DNA of 63,131 nucleotides, filler included, from Folioceros fuciformis (taxonomy: Eukaryota): the NCBI GenBank assembly GCA_049999805.1. It is 8 parts of 8 records of this genome, joined end to end, with 100 filler letters (N's around TTAATTAATTAA, not from the genome) between each part and the next. Parts side by side here need not be neighbours in the genome. Positions count along the whole stretch, not along the records: positions 42,556 to 48,792 come from JBNGIO010005150.1; positions 48,893 to 55,656 come from JBNGIO010005151.1; positions 55,757 to 58,856 come from JBNGIO010005152.1; 5 more parts are not named here. One strand, given 5' to 3'. This document shows, piece by piece, positions 47,420 through 58,956 of the stretch (positions are counted from its first letter, which is position 1; each line of letters opens with the position of its first letter). Position numbers and translations under genes: made by a program. Under the pieces are notes generated by a model, which was given only the letters and a program-made list of their open reading frames with translations, was not told the origin of the DNA and searched no databases.

Positions 47420-47854
47420 TTAAGAGCGGGGCGCACGTGGGCGTCCCGGTGAAAATAACCTAGCCTCATGCACACGCTTCTCCTCTTCAGTTGGAGTAGA
47501 CAGCAAAAATAATTGTTGAATTCCAGTTAGAAGAATAGAGAGAAAATCTTGTAAATTATGGATCTGATGAGATGCTTCCCTCAAATCAGCTTCAAGTTGT
47601 CGTTGTAGAAAACTACGAGAAAATAATGAAGGTGAATGATGAACAGGGCCTCGATTGGAAATACGTCTAATAAAACGTTGTGGTTGGCTGCTCATAAAAT
47701 GTTGTTGAAAGGTTCTTTCACAAGACGCCTTCAACTTGCAATCTAAACAAAAGAAGCCACGATCTGATCTGGGTGGCGGTGATGGTGGTGAGGCTTGAGG
47801 GTGAACTCTCCTCCACTGCGCACAAGAAGATGTCCTGCGCTTAGGCATCTTCAT
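47420..47854 (-). CDS. ORF0 of element F, 144 aa (zinc-finger-like motif plus coiled-coil-like segment)
   Basis: FFCLDC-x12-H; LQRQLEADLREASHQIHNLQDFL; stops 10 nt before the gag ATG. Confidence 0.55.
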   Translation of the reverse strand: MKMPKRRTSSCAQWRRVHPQASPPSPPPRSDRGFFCLDCKLKASCERTFQQHFMSSQPQRFIRRISNRGPVHHSPSLFSRSFLQRQLEADLREASHQIHNLQDFLSILLTGIQQLFLLSTPTEEEKRVHEARLFSPGRPRAPRS

Positions 47855-49198
47855 CCGCGTCTCAGCATCATCAATTATAGCAACATTGACAACTTGCTGT
47901 GTCTTTCACACGCCGCAGGCCATGGCTCCAAGCAATCGTGATGAAGCACGAAAATCGAAGGCACTCCTGCCCAGCATGTGACACCGGCCGCGAGGCGCAT
48001 CCATCCACCACCCGGCTACAAAACCTGGTTGTAAACACTCCGAAGTGGTGAAAATCAAAACTGGTCATGGCCGCAGTGGTGCCGACAGCGCCGCGATGGG
48101 GCTTGGAAGGCACAGGCGTGCAGATATCAGGCTGGCTTCTTCACCATCGTCTATCCACAGAAATCTTCACATCCAAAGAGCCTGTGGGTGCTCCAAACTA
48201 CAAACTGCGCCTCAGAGAGCGCCAACCGGATTGCATGCTAGGCGTCCCTGGTGGACGATTTGATTCAGGGCGCGTGCGACCATGGGGCTGTCATCTGCTC
48301 CCACTGCCCGGCTTCAAATTGCCATGCGAAGCCCTCCTTTTGTTGTACGCGCTTCAGGCCGCAGCATGCCGAAGGGAAATCACAAGACGAAATGCTGAGA
48401 TCGCACGCCGCGGACTGGAATTATCGTTGCAGGCTGCCTTCTCCATCCCTTGTACAGTTTCGAGTTGAGCCTTCAGGCCGAAGCAGCCATCTACCTCCTC
48501 GCGATTCTCCACACTTCATAAAATTAATAAAATAGGCATGAAAGCCACGTTTCTAATCACAATTTCAGATCGGGCAAGTGAGTCAAATCGATTGCCATGG
48601 CTCTGATACCATTTCGCATTGTGTGGATTGTGGGAGAGAGAGCACGGGAGCGAGAGCGCACGAGGCACGAAGGGCAAAGGTAGTTATCGTTGTATCAAAA
48701 AAGAATAAAAAAGAGTATATATGAGTATTTTAAAAGAGTAGTTTTAACTGATTATGAAACTACTAACCTAAACTAACATAATTTCCTTTACTNNNNNNNN
48801 NNNNNNNNNNNNNNNNNNNNNNNNNNNNNNNNNNNNTTAATTAATTAANNNNNNNNNNNNNNNNNNNNNNNNNNNNNNNNNNNNNNNNNNNNAGCCAAAC
48901 CCTAAAAACAGAAAGGTATATCTAAATATGATAAGTTAAGCATATGGCAGCTTAACCCGTAACACCCCCTCTTAAGCTCATAAGCTTAACTAACGAACAA
49001 TAAACAAGCCCGGCATCATCCTAAAGCAAACCCTTCGTAAACGAAAGCGGTACGCGATGCCACGTGAAGCTGCTCATAGCAGCTGGACGACTCAAACTCA
49101 TAACTTCACAGTCACGTTCCTGGCACTGTGCTTGAGTAGCGCCCAACAATCTCTGTACCGCGGCAGCCCGAAGAAGAATAAAACCAAGCGCTGGAGCC

Positions 49199-49636
49199 AT
49201 GGCTAGCAACCTTGCCTCTTTGATCGCCGGAGCTGAACTGCTGTGTTTCCTGTGCATACATCTTCTCCTGCGGTGCGCCATGAAGACTCGAAGTGGCAAG
49301 GCGTACAAGGGAGCTGCGCGACCGAGGAAAAACAGGAAGAACAGCATACCGACTCTGCCAGCTAATGTTTACGAGCTGCTGGACAAGAGGCAGGCTACTG
49401 CCCGCGGCTGGGACTGGGACTACAAGACGTGCTGGGGCCAGAGGATTCACTTGGGTGCCTATCACATGGAACTGAGCGTGAACCTAATCTGGGGAAAGGT
49501 GAAGCGAGGGGAAACTCCTAATCTGCCTTTGTACGCTATTGGGGAGGAAGGGAAACAGACCTTGATCAGCCAGCTGGAGGACACCATTGAAATGCTGGAC
49601 AGAATTAAGGACGTGATGCCGAGAGAGGAGGAGTGA
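49199..49636 (+). CDS. Antisense ORF of element G (145 aa, or 118 aa from MKTRSGKAY at 49280)
   Basis: Open frame between PPT and pol stop; basic N-terminus, aromatic core, helical acidic end. Confidence 0.6.
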   Translation: MASNLASLIAGAELLCFLCIHLLLRCAMKTRSGKAYKGAARPRKNRKNSIPTLPANVYELLDKRQATARGWDWDYKTCWGQRIHLGAYHMELSVNLIWGKVKRGETPNLPLYAIGEEGKQTLISQLEDTIEMLDRIKDVMPREEE

Positions 49637-49717
49637 AGGCCGAACCAAACAGCCAGGTGATTAGATGCTGAACTGGAGCTTCATCCAACCTGGTTTGTCA
49701 GGATTTTCCAGAGTTAC

Positions 49718-52700
49718 TTAGTTCTGCTCATAGGCTGTGAAATCAATAAGCCCTAGGCCTTCCATATGCTGGTAGTGTAGATGCTTGGGAAGGCCCTTTG
49801 TAAGGATGTCTGCCGTATTTTCATTTGTTGGAACATGGCAGACCTTTATAATACCACGATGAACCACATCTCTAACATAGTGATGTTGAATTTCAATGTG
49901 TTTCGTGCGTGCATGAAATTTAGGATTTGCAACAAGCGCAAGAGCGGACATGTTGTCACATAGAAGTGGGGTTGGCTCTGTTTGCTGTTGCCCCAAATCT
50001 GTCAAAAAGGTTCGTATCCACTCTGCCTCCTTAGAGGCCTCTGTCAGACTCTTGTACTCGGCCTCAGTTGACGAGAGGGCAACTGATGTTTGTTTCTTGC
50101 AGCTCCAGTTGGTGACAGCTGAGGAGAGGAGAAAACAATATGTAGAAAGGCTTCGACGTGATTCTGTGTCTGATGCCCAATCAGCATCTGTGAAGCCTTT
50201 CAGCGTAAGTTTCTGCTGTCCAGTGCTTCTGTATGCTAGTCCATAGGACTGAGTACCCTTTAGGTAGCGGAAGACACGTTTGGCTGCCTGCCAATGAACT
50301 CGACCTGGATTTTCCAGAAATTGGGATAGGGTGCTGACTGAATACTGGATGTCCGGTCTTGTCCAGTTAGCTATAAAAATTAAGCTTCCTATGGCATGCC
50401 TGTAAGGGACCTGTGCCATCTCCCTCACCTCATCTGCACCTTGTGGACATTGCAGACTAGTGAGCTTAGTCCCTATAGCATATGGTGTAGTAGATGGCCG
50501 GGCATGTTCAAGCTTAAACTTATGTAGCAGTTCTTGAACATATTGATACTGATGAATGATGATCAACTTCTCAGGTCTGACCCTTAGTAACTGAATGCCA
50601 AGGCAGAAACGTAGCTCACCGATATCCTTCATTTCAAACTTGTTGCTCAGCATTTCTTTGACCTCAGCTAACAAGGGTTGGCTATTAGTTGCCAAAATCA
50701 CGTCATCAACATACAGTGCTAGAATGACGTAGGCAGTTCCCTTCGTTAGCTTGTAAACAGTACCATCAGCTGAGCTTTGAACAAATGAGTTGTTAATCAA
50801 GTGCTCATGTATAGTGAAATACCAGACTCTGCCACTCTGTTTCAGACCATAAATGGTCTTCAGTAGCTTCAGAACTTTCTTTGGATACTTAGAGTCTTCA
50901 TACCCTTCTGGCTGTACCATGTAAAGGTCTTCATCTAACGCACCATACAAGAAAGCTGTGCATACGTCCATTTGCTGCAAGTCCAGGTCAAACTCGGCTG
51001 CTAGGGCGATTATCATCCTAATTGACTGTGCCCTAACAACAGGAGAGAATGTTTCCTGATAGTCTAGCCCTTCCACTTGCGTGAATCCCCTTGCAACCAG
51101 TCGTGCTTTATATCTGGCAATCTCTCCCTTAGCATTCAACTTTAACTTGAAAACCCACTTGCAGGAGATAGGTTTTCTGCCAGGTGGGAGGTCTACTAAC
51201 TTCCACGTGTTATTCTTGACGAGAGAATTGTATTCATCGTCTACTGCAAACTTCCACTTATCTCGTTCAGGACCTGAATATGCTTCTGTTAAAGACTTGG
51301 GCTCCAGGTGTATAGTGCTAGAAGCAGAATTGCAGATGTCGGCATATGCTGTTCTAAAGTCGATTGATTCATAACGTGGCTCTTTCCATTGTTCTGGTGG
51401 AGGACGATTTCTAGTAGAACGTCGTAGAGGAGGATCTGGCTCTTCATCTTAAACAGGAAAAGGCTGTTCATCGTCCTCAGGTACATGTTCCATGACCATT
51501 TGATAATCATCATCTCCAGCTGCTAGATCAGCATCTGGATTAGGGAAAGGTACATCCTCATACTCATATGGATCACGGTCAGGATTAACAGCAACATTTG
51601 CCGGCTGATGCTGTACAGGTGGAGGGGGTATGAGGACTGGTTGAGCAGGGGGAGGTGCAATATCAGCAGGTTGGACAGTTGTATCATCTCCCTCGTCATG
51701 AGTGTCATTATCAGGAAAATGAACAGCGTCGTCTGATAGCTGAGGTATGCCATTTTCTCCCTCTGCTGCTGGGTGGCCGATTATGAGGGGCCTGTCAATC
51801 TCAAGAAATGTGACAGAACGTGCTAACACAACGCGCTGATTTGCAGGGTCATAAAGTTTGTAAGCTTTGGACTGCTCACTATACCCGACAAAAACAAGAG
51901 CTTGGGCTCTCGGATCCAGCTTCTTCCGCTTCTCCTCTGGGATGAGAGCAAAAGCACGTGAACCAAACACGCGTAGATGTAGCAAACTGGGTTTGCATTT
52001 CCAGAAAGCCTCATATGGAGTCTGAGAGGGGACTGAACTTGTAAAAAGTCGATTGAGAATATAGGTGGCAGCAACAATGGCTTCAGCCCAATACTCTTGA
52101 GGTAAGTTAGCCCACAATAACATACTCCGTGTCATGGCCAGCAAGGTTTGATTTTTCCTTTCAGCTACGCCATTCTGTTGCGGAGTGTAGGGGATTGTAA
52201 GTTGACGTTGGATCCCCCTCTCTTGCAGGAATGTATCAAAAGCCTCATTGACGAATTCTGTTCCATTGTCAGTCCGAAGGTACTTGACAAAAGAACCAGT
52301 CTGTTTTTCAGCAGTCAATAGCCAATCACGGAAGAGCTCGAATGTATCACTCTTCAAGTGCATCGGGAACGTCCAAGTATACCGAGAATAGTTGTCAGTG
52401 ATGCAGAGGTAATATATAGAACCACCCAGAGATGGGACATGTATCTTACCTGAGATGTCTGCATGAACTAACTCAAGGACAACTGATGCTCTGTAGGTTG
52501 CTGAAACTGGAAAGGGATGGGCCTTCTGTTTAGCAACAATGCAGGCTTCACAAGAAGGTAAGTCCTTGAAAATCTGTGGAAGAGGCTCAAGGTGGCACTC
52601 TTGCAGTGACATGTCAACTAGTTTTCTCTTATTAACGTGACCAAGCCGTGCGTGCCACAGGACAGCAAGACGTTGGAACTTCTCAGAGACAAGGCTAGCC

Positions 52701-54169
52701 TGGTGTCGGAGGGTGCATAAATCAAGTCTATACAGATCATGATCTAATGTACCTTTAAATGCCAGCATTGAAGGCTCTGACCTCTTGTAGAAGAGACAAG
52801 TATCCTCACTAGCTGTCATGTCATATGCTCGAAGCTGCATCAGTTTGCTGAGAGAGACCAAGTTCTTCGCCATGGATGGCACATAGAGTACATTTTCCAG
52901 GGTAAAAATGGATCCATCGTGCAAAGTGAATTTACACATGCCACTGCCATGGATTTGGAGACTGGACTGATGTCGTTCATCTCCCAACAGCACTCTTTCA
53001 GCCATTCTGTTAGATTGCAGCACATAAAACTGATCTTTGCTTCTGTAGATGTGAGATGTGGCACCAGAATCCAAGTACCAACCATCTTCATCACATATGG
53101 AACGAGCAAGGCAGATTGTTAGGATCTTCACCACAGGTTTGGTGTCACCAGATGTCTTCTCCTTAATCGCAACAGTTGCAGAACTAGTTGAGCTTTTAGG
53201 AGCACGTTTAGGTTCCCCTGCCTTCTTTTTCTTGCATTCCCTGGCCCAATGTCCAGCTATACCACACCAATTGCAGTTGCCTAGACGTTTAGTTGGACCA
53301 GCGGAATCAGAACCTTGGCCAGGTTTACCTCCAACTTTTCCTTTGCCTTTGAATGATTTGGGAGCTGTGAATAATGCCTTCTCCGTTCTAATTTTAGAAG
53401 TGTTTGAAGAAAACATCCGGCTTTGCTCCTCCTGATACAAAGCGCCTATGACATCCTCTAATGTGATGTTTGCAGCACTTCCAGCAGCAGCAGCAACATT
53501 CGCAGCTCTCAAGGGTCCATTCTGGCTAGTAACAAAGGATTGGTACGATGAAGGGAGTCTCGCGAGGAGTTCAGCCACAGCATCTACTTCCTCCATCTTC
53601 GTACCAGATAGAGAAGCCATCTGGGCTCTAAGGTGACGGAATTTACTTGTGAAAGCCGCTACCTTATCCCCCTCTTTCATCCTCAAGGCATAAAACTCAT
53701 ACTTAACACCAACAAGGGTCAGTACATTTGTAGCCTTGTATGTCTTCTCCAGTTGTGTCCAGATTTCAGAAGCTTTGTCGAGAAACTCGACCTGGGAAAT
53801 GAGGTCAGTATGCAATCCTGCTATTAGTAGAGCAATTGCAATGTTGTTCAATTCATCCCACTCAGCGATCTGATCTGCAGATGGTGCTGGAGTTGCATTG
53901 GGGTCGGGCTGGGGGGTAGTCCCATCCACTATTTTCCAGACACGTCGGGCTAACAAGATGGACTTCATCCGGATACGCCAGACAGCGTAGTGTGAGCCGT
54001 TAAACCGATCTTTTTCTTTCAGCTCTGACGTGTATGTGGGTTTAACTACTGTAGACATGATTGCTGGAGTATTCTGGTTATGGATTGCAGCGGTTACAAA
54101 CTGTCCAAGACTAAGTGCTTGAAACAAGCTACTTAAGGTATCCACAGATAAGAGGGGTCCTGTGGACAT
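49718..54169 (-). CDS. Copia G Gag-Pol with a single in-frame TAA at 51449-51451
   Basis: The two ORFs share a frame; readthrough gives DEEPDPPLRRSTR...NTWKLV. Confidence 0.95.
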
Positions 54170-54794
54170 ATGAAGCTAACGAGGTAATGTGAGCTATGGC
54201 TCAAACTACACAGGTCAGAGTACAAAATGCCCTTAAGACTTTGCTATGAAAATTACAGCATCTACTGATGTGTACCTAACAAGATAAGATGCAGGAGCTG
54301 TTACCTGGTCAACAGCATACAGGAGAAGGGATAGAAAAGCTATCCTAGCTCAGGTGTGCTGATGTCCAAGGTCAATAACTCCTGTTACTATGCATACAGA
54401 CTGTGGACGAAAAAAAACAACAAACAGCTTATCGCTTCAGTTTTGCCCTAACTTATGCAAGAAACGACGGTTGGTGTTTCAGTTTCAAGTTAAGCAGGAG
54501 CAAAGACGTCTCTTCAGGACTCATGAGAACAACAAAAGGGGTTGCAGCAGGTGTCAATCTCTGCCTCAACAGTCGCAAGAATCCCTGCTTCTGTACATCT
54601 GGCAGCAACCATAACGCGGCTTCGGAATAGGTCGCGGCGGTTGCAGTCTGGCGCTTCACATCACGCAGGGCGCCCTTCGCCTGGAGAGAACACAGCACTT
54701 CTGACCTCAAAGCTCCAGGTGTGCCGTTCTGCCAGCTGGCGATGCTGCGCGAAGAGGCATGAAGACACACGCGACGCCTCACACCTCGTTGCTC

Positions 54795-55424
54795 TCAGGC
54801 AGCGGAAGGTGGAAGATGTGGGAACACTGCAGCCTGCTGAATGATCGGAGCAGCAATCTCCAATCTTTGCAGGTGATCAGTGATTTCCTTTATCTTCAAT
54901 GTCCATTTCTCGTTGAAAGCATCGAAATTTGCCTGAGCTTGCATGTTGTTGACGAAAATTCTTGTGTTGATTGATTCTGTTGTGTTGAGAATCTCTTTGA
55001 GGGAAGCATTCAGCAATCTAGAGGCGGCCTCGTTGTGGCAATCGCAGGAGGAGCCTCCACTAGAAGAAGGAACTGTATCCACAGATCGAACCGGTCTTGG
55101 TGGTCTGTTGGAGTTGGTAGTAGCAGCAGATGCCCGCGGTATGCGAGATTGCCTCTGCTGCCTGTCCCTCCTCTGATCTTTGTAAAAACGGTCACGGGCC
55201 TGGTAATCTCTAATTTGAAAATCCCTTTGCTGGAGTTGCCGAAGTAGTTCGGCACGCTCTCTGTCCCTTGACCAATTTTGGTTACAAAGACCAGTTCTTC
55301 CCACCAGTGAATATGCAAGGGCGTTGAGTCCGGCTGGAGCTGTCCTAGGGGCTTGTGTGTAATTGTCACATCTGCAAAAACGTGAGCCACGCCCCTGACC
55401 GACAGATCCACCGTGCCGAGGCAT
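54795..55424 (-). CDS. ORF0 of element G, 209 aa (R/Q-rich, CxC motifs, C-terminal coiled-coil-like segment)
   Basis: ATG about 38 nt after the PBS; FNEKWTLKIKEITDHLQRLE. Confidence 0.6.
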   Translation of the reverse strand: MPRHGGSVGQGRGSRFCRCDNYTQAPRTAPAGLNALAYSLVGRTGLCNQNWSRDRERAELLRQLQQRDFQIRDYQARDRFYKDQRRDRQQRQSRIPRASAATTNSNRPPRPVRSVDTVPSSSGGSSCDCHNEAASRLLNASLKEILNTTESINTRIFVNNMQAQANFDAFNEKWTLKIKEITDHLQRLEIAAPIIQQAAVFPHLPPSAA

Positions 55425-56774
55425 TATCGATAACGAGAGAAAAACATCAGATCCTTAAAAGGCTCTGATACCATGTTAAGTATCATTACATAATCATTTG
55501 CTAGATTTGACTATAGCTAAGAGGCTTAGGCAGAGCACACACAAACATGTGTATCCAGAAAATGAATTAATTGAACATATCAAAAAGGTCTCATATGTGT
55601 TCATTAAATAGCCAAACCCTAAAAACAGAAAGGTATATCTAAATATGATAAGTTAANNNNNNNNNNNNNNNNNNNNNNNNNNNNNNNNNNNNNNNNNNNN
55701 TTAATTAATTAANNNNNNNNNNNNNNNNNNNNNNNNNNNNNNNNNNNNNNNNNNNNAGCCAGCCGTTGACAATCGCTTAAATTGCTCCTGGCAGAAATCA
55801 AGCGCCTGCCTCCGTGTTTGTTCAGATGCAGTTTTACCTACCCTCTCTCACAGCTCAACTGTTTCCTGCTCACATGCTTCAGTAGGTTCACGGCATCCAG
55901 GACGGACAACCAGGCAAACATATCTCCCTGCTGGGATCGTCGTCGCCTGAAATGATTGTTCTCCCGACTTTGGGAGATGCACAAGGGGCGCTCTTCGCAC
56001 CCCACGCTCGCACCCCCCAAATTCCAGAGCGTCTTCCTCACTCTCAAAGCCCTGCTGGAATCTGTCATAAGGTGAGCCTACAAAATTGAAAATTGGTGCG
56101 GGGTTGGACGAAAGCTTGGCCAAGGTCAGGCAGATGGACAGTACCTTGTGAGGGCTTCCGAAACAGGCCGCTGTGCGAGGAGCTTGAAAATCGCTCCCAG
56201 AATCATTCCAACAGCGGCATAGCTGTAACACATCAAAACCATGTTCACGTCCTGCGCCAGAATCCGATACACTTGAAAGCCCTAGTACTGGAAGGACAGG
56301 AAACGTCCATTGCGAACCTTGTTCTTGGACAACACTTGCGCATGAGAGACTGGATCAAACTCGGCCTTCACTCCGGAAACTAGAACGTCCACATGTGCGA
56401 AGCTCGTTTTATCAGGATGCTGGGGGGACGGCGGGGGTCGCACGACATTCTTACGCTCTGCAGGGAAGGAACACAGCCATGTCATCCTTGACCTGTGCAA
56501 CGTGTTGCAAAGACAGCGTCCTGCGTCCTGGGGAACGTTCAGGGCATGCCCTCCCATCTTGCTTCGTGAATTGTAGCAGGGCTGTTCGGCGGACTGCTAA
56601 TTGTTGCGAGTGAGTCCCTACTTACGTACCTACATTGGAGCTCGAGCAAGCACTCAGTCCACTTGGCGAGTTCACGGCCATGCTTGTGGAGCGATCCAGA
56701 AATCCTCCCAGTGGGCCTCGTGTGGGGCAAGCGACACAGTGAGATGGCACTCACGTCCATGGGTACTCTTGCAC

Positions 56775-56944
56775 GCACCAAATGTCATCGGATCCATTCT
56801 CAAGCTCATCGGACAGTCCATTTTCAAGCATTTCAAGCACCGAATGTCATCGGATCCATTCTCAAGCTCATCAGGTAGTCCATTTTCAAGCACCAAATGT
56901 CATCGGATTCATTCCCAAGCTCATCAGACAGTCCATTTTCAAGC
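56775..56944. repeat. 3 x about 53-bp tandem repeat
   Basis: GCACCRAATGTCATCGGATYCATTC...CATTTTCAA. Confidence 0.9.
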
Positions 56945-58956
56945 TTGTTCGGATAGGGGCCGCGCGTACGCGAGCCCCCGCTGCCACAAATTATGACGTC
57001 TATTCTACCCGTAGGTAGATAGTGGAGCCACCCCGGCCGGAGTGCAATGGCGGAGGAGACCCCAGGTCATCGGCCTTCGTGATCACCGATAGGCCCCGCC
57101 CAGGTAAGTATGTTCCTCAGGCTCGTTCACCACTTTACATACCAAGGGCTTGGTCGCCCCTCCTGACTACGCAATATGGGTTTTAGCCCCCATACTAAAT
57201 TGTTTCATCAGAATGCTCTCTCGTTCCGCGCACGTTCTCAGGCTCGGCCTTAGTCCCGTCCGGCGGCACCTGGTTTCGGCAAGCCAGAGACCAGTGGAGC
57301 CCCATGTATTGTTTCTCTAGCCTATTTGAACCTGGAATAAACGCCTCTGCTGCCATACATGAGTCTCCGATCTTCGACTGCTGCACATTCCATGTGATGT
57401 CACACTGCTTACAAAATGGCTGCCAAGAAACAACGCAACTAATATTGAGTGCCATGTATCATTACATGTGTGCGTGCATCCATCCTCCCTGAAGCTGTCG
57501 TGCCATATTCATCAGCTCGTACTCGTGCAGAAACTGATCATACGTGCAAGCATGCATCACTTGCTTTCAAGTTGGACATCCATCCATCATGCCTGCATGT
57601 ACATGTTTCAAGCTCCACTGCTTTTGAGTTTCCCTCTCCATGTGTCCGGGACTGTCTAACTAGAATGCTTCCTTCAGGCTCACACCCTGTCCAACGTCTC
57701 ACCGTGCACTTGTTTCTCTTCCTCCTTGCTTCTGACCATGACTACGCTCTTCTTGATAACCAGGAATCAAGTAAACTAGAAGCCTTGATCGACTGAACCT
57801 CATGTATGTACAGCGTGTATCCTTGTACTCCAGATCCCGTGCTTGCCTGCTTGTGGGTGCTCAAAAGCAATTAAGCTCAAAATTGGCCTCTCATTGGGTT
57901 GTGGCAAGCCTTCTGTTTCGACGTAGACAACGATGGTCCGGGAAAAGATACGAAGAAAGCGCGAGGCCATACGGGTAAGAAACGGATACAGACTTGTTGC
58001 TAGGGTGGGGAGTATCAGATCTGTGCTTAGCGTAAGGTTGATGGAAATCTGTGGCGTGATTTGAAAACTCTTCAAAGTTGATTTGTGTGTCAGGCTCACA
58101 GATTCATCATCACCTCACTGTCGGGGGTGTTACAGTGGCCCATTTCCATGGACACCTGTTGCATTGGTTTCGGCAACTGGCAGGCACTTTTCGGAGCGAA
58201 TTGGTCCTTGCATTACGTTCTTGGATATTGGATACCCCGATTTCATCTGCAATGACAGGGCCCGGAAAGGCATTTTCCGCCTGATGAACCTGGTCCTCGA
58301 GCAGCAGCAAGCGCTGGTCCTCTTTGGTTTCGCCTTGGCAGACGCTGGATGTTTGCAGGCCATTGGCCCCCAGAGATGATACTCAGAACAGCCCGTCCGT
58401 TCAGTGCTTGCTGCTGCTTTCGATAATGCTGGCCGTGAGGAGCTTCTCTTCAACAACATCCATCCAGGTGAGCCCTCTCTCGCCATACAGGTGACCACTT
58501 GACAAAGCCTCCCTCTGCTCTGCACAGCCCGTCCTTGTCCATGTCCTTGTGGTTGATGCAGGTCTTTAGAACCAAGACATTTGCAGATCGTTGTGCACCC
58601 CTGCTGGAGACTGTAGTAGCAACCTACAAGGGGTTGCCTTGTAAACTGTTGAAGGTTTCGAGGTTCAATTCCTAGATGTAAACCCTCTCCACAAAAGCGT
58701 GCACTCCACATGTCCAAACTGTACTCCTACTCTGAAAATCGGATTTCTCTCATGACTCTAAACTTGCTCCAGTGTAAGCTCTAAATCGTTGCGCTGACCG
58801 GCTTGCTTGCTCCAGTGTAAGCTCTAAATCGTTACGCTGACCGCTTGCCTTCGACGNNNNNNNNNNNNNNNNNNNNNNNNNNNNNNNNNNNNNNNNNNNN
58901 TTAATTAATTAANNNNNNNNNNNNNNNNNNNNNNNNNNNNNNNNNNNNNNNNNNNN

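Larger units (their letters stand above)
42556..48792 (-). mobile_element. Complete copia element F (one LTR equivalent; PBS 48600-48611)
   Basis: PPT AAGAGGGAG at about 42601-42609; 47-bp terminal redundancy of the contig. Confidence 0.93.
48893..55656 (-). mobile_element. Complete copia element G (LTR about 208 bp split across the contig ends; PBS 55462-55473; PPT 48965-48974)
   Basis: AAGAGGGGG|TG, CA|TGGTATCAGAGC, 47-bp terminal redundancy. Confidence 0.95.

Noticed and set aside
51449-51451. Programmed stop readthrough between IN and RT in element G
   Set aside because: Relatives C, F and H are open through this linker; a simple nonsense mutation is more likely.
56020-56078. Resemblance to the RNase H1 N-terminal (viroplasmin) motif
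   Set aside because: Only the last part of the motif matches; too short to call.
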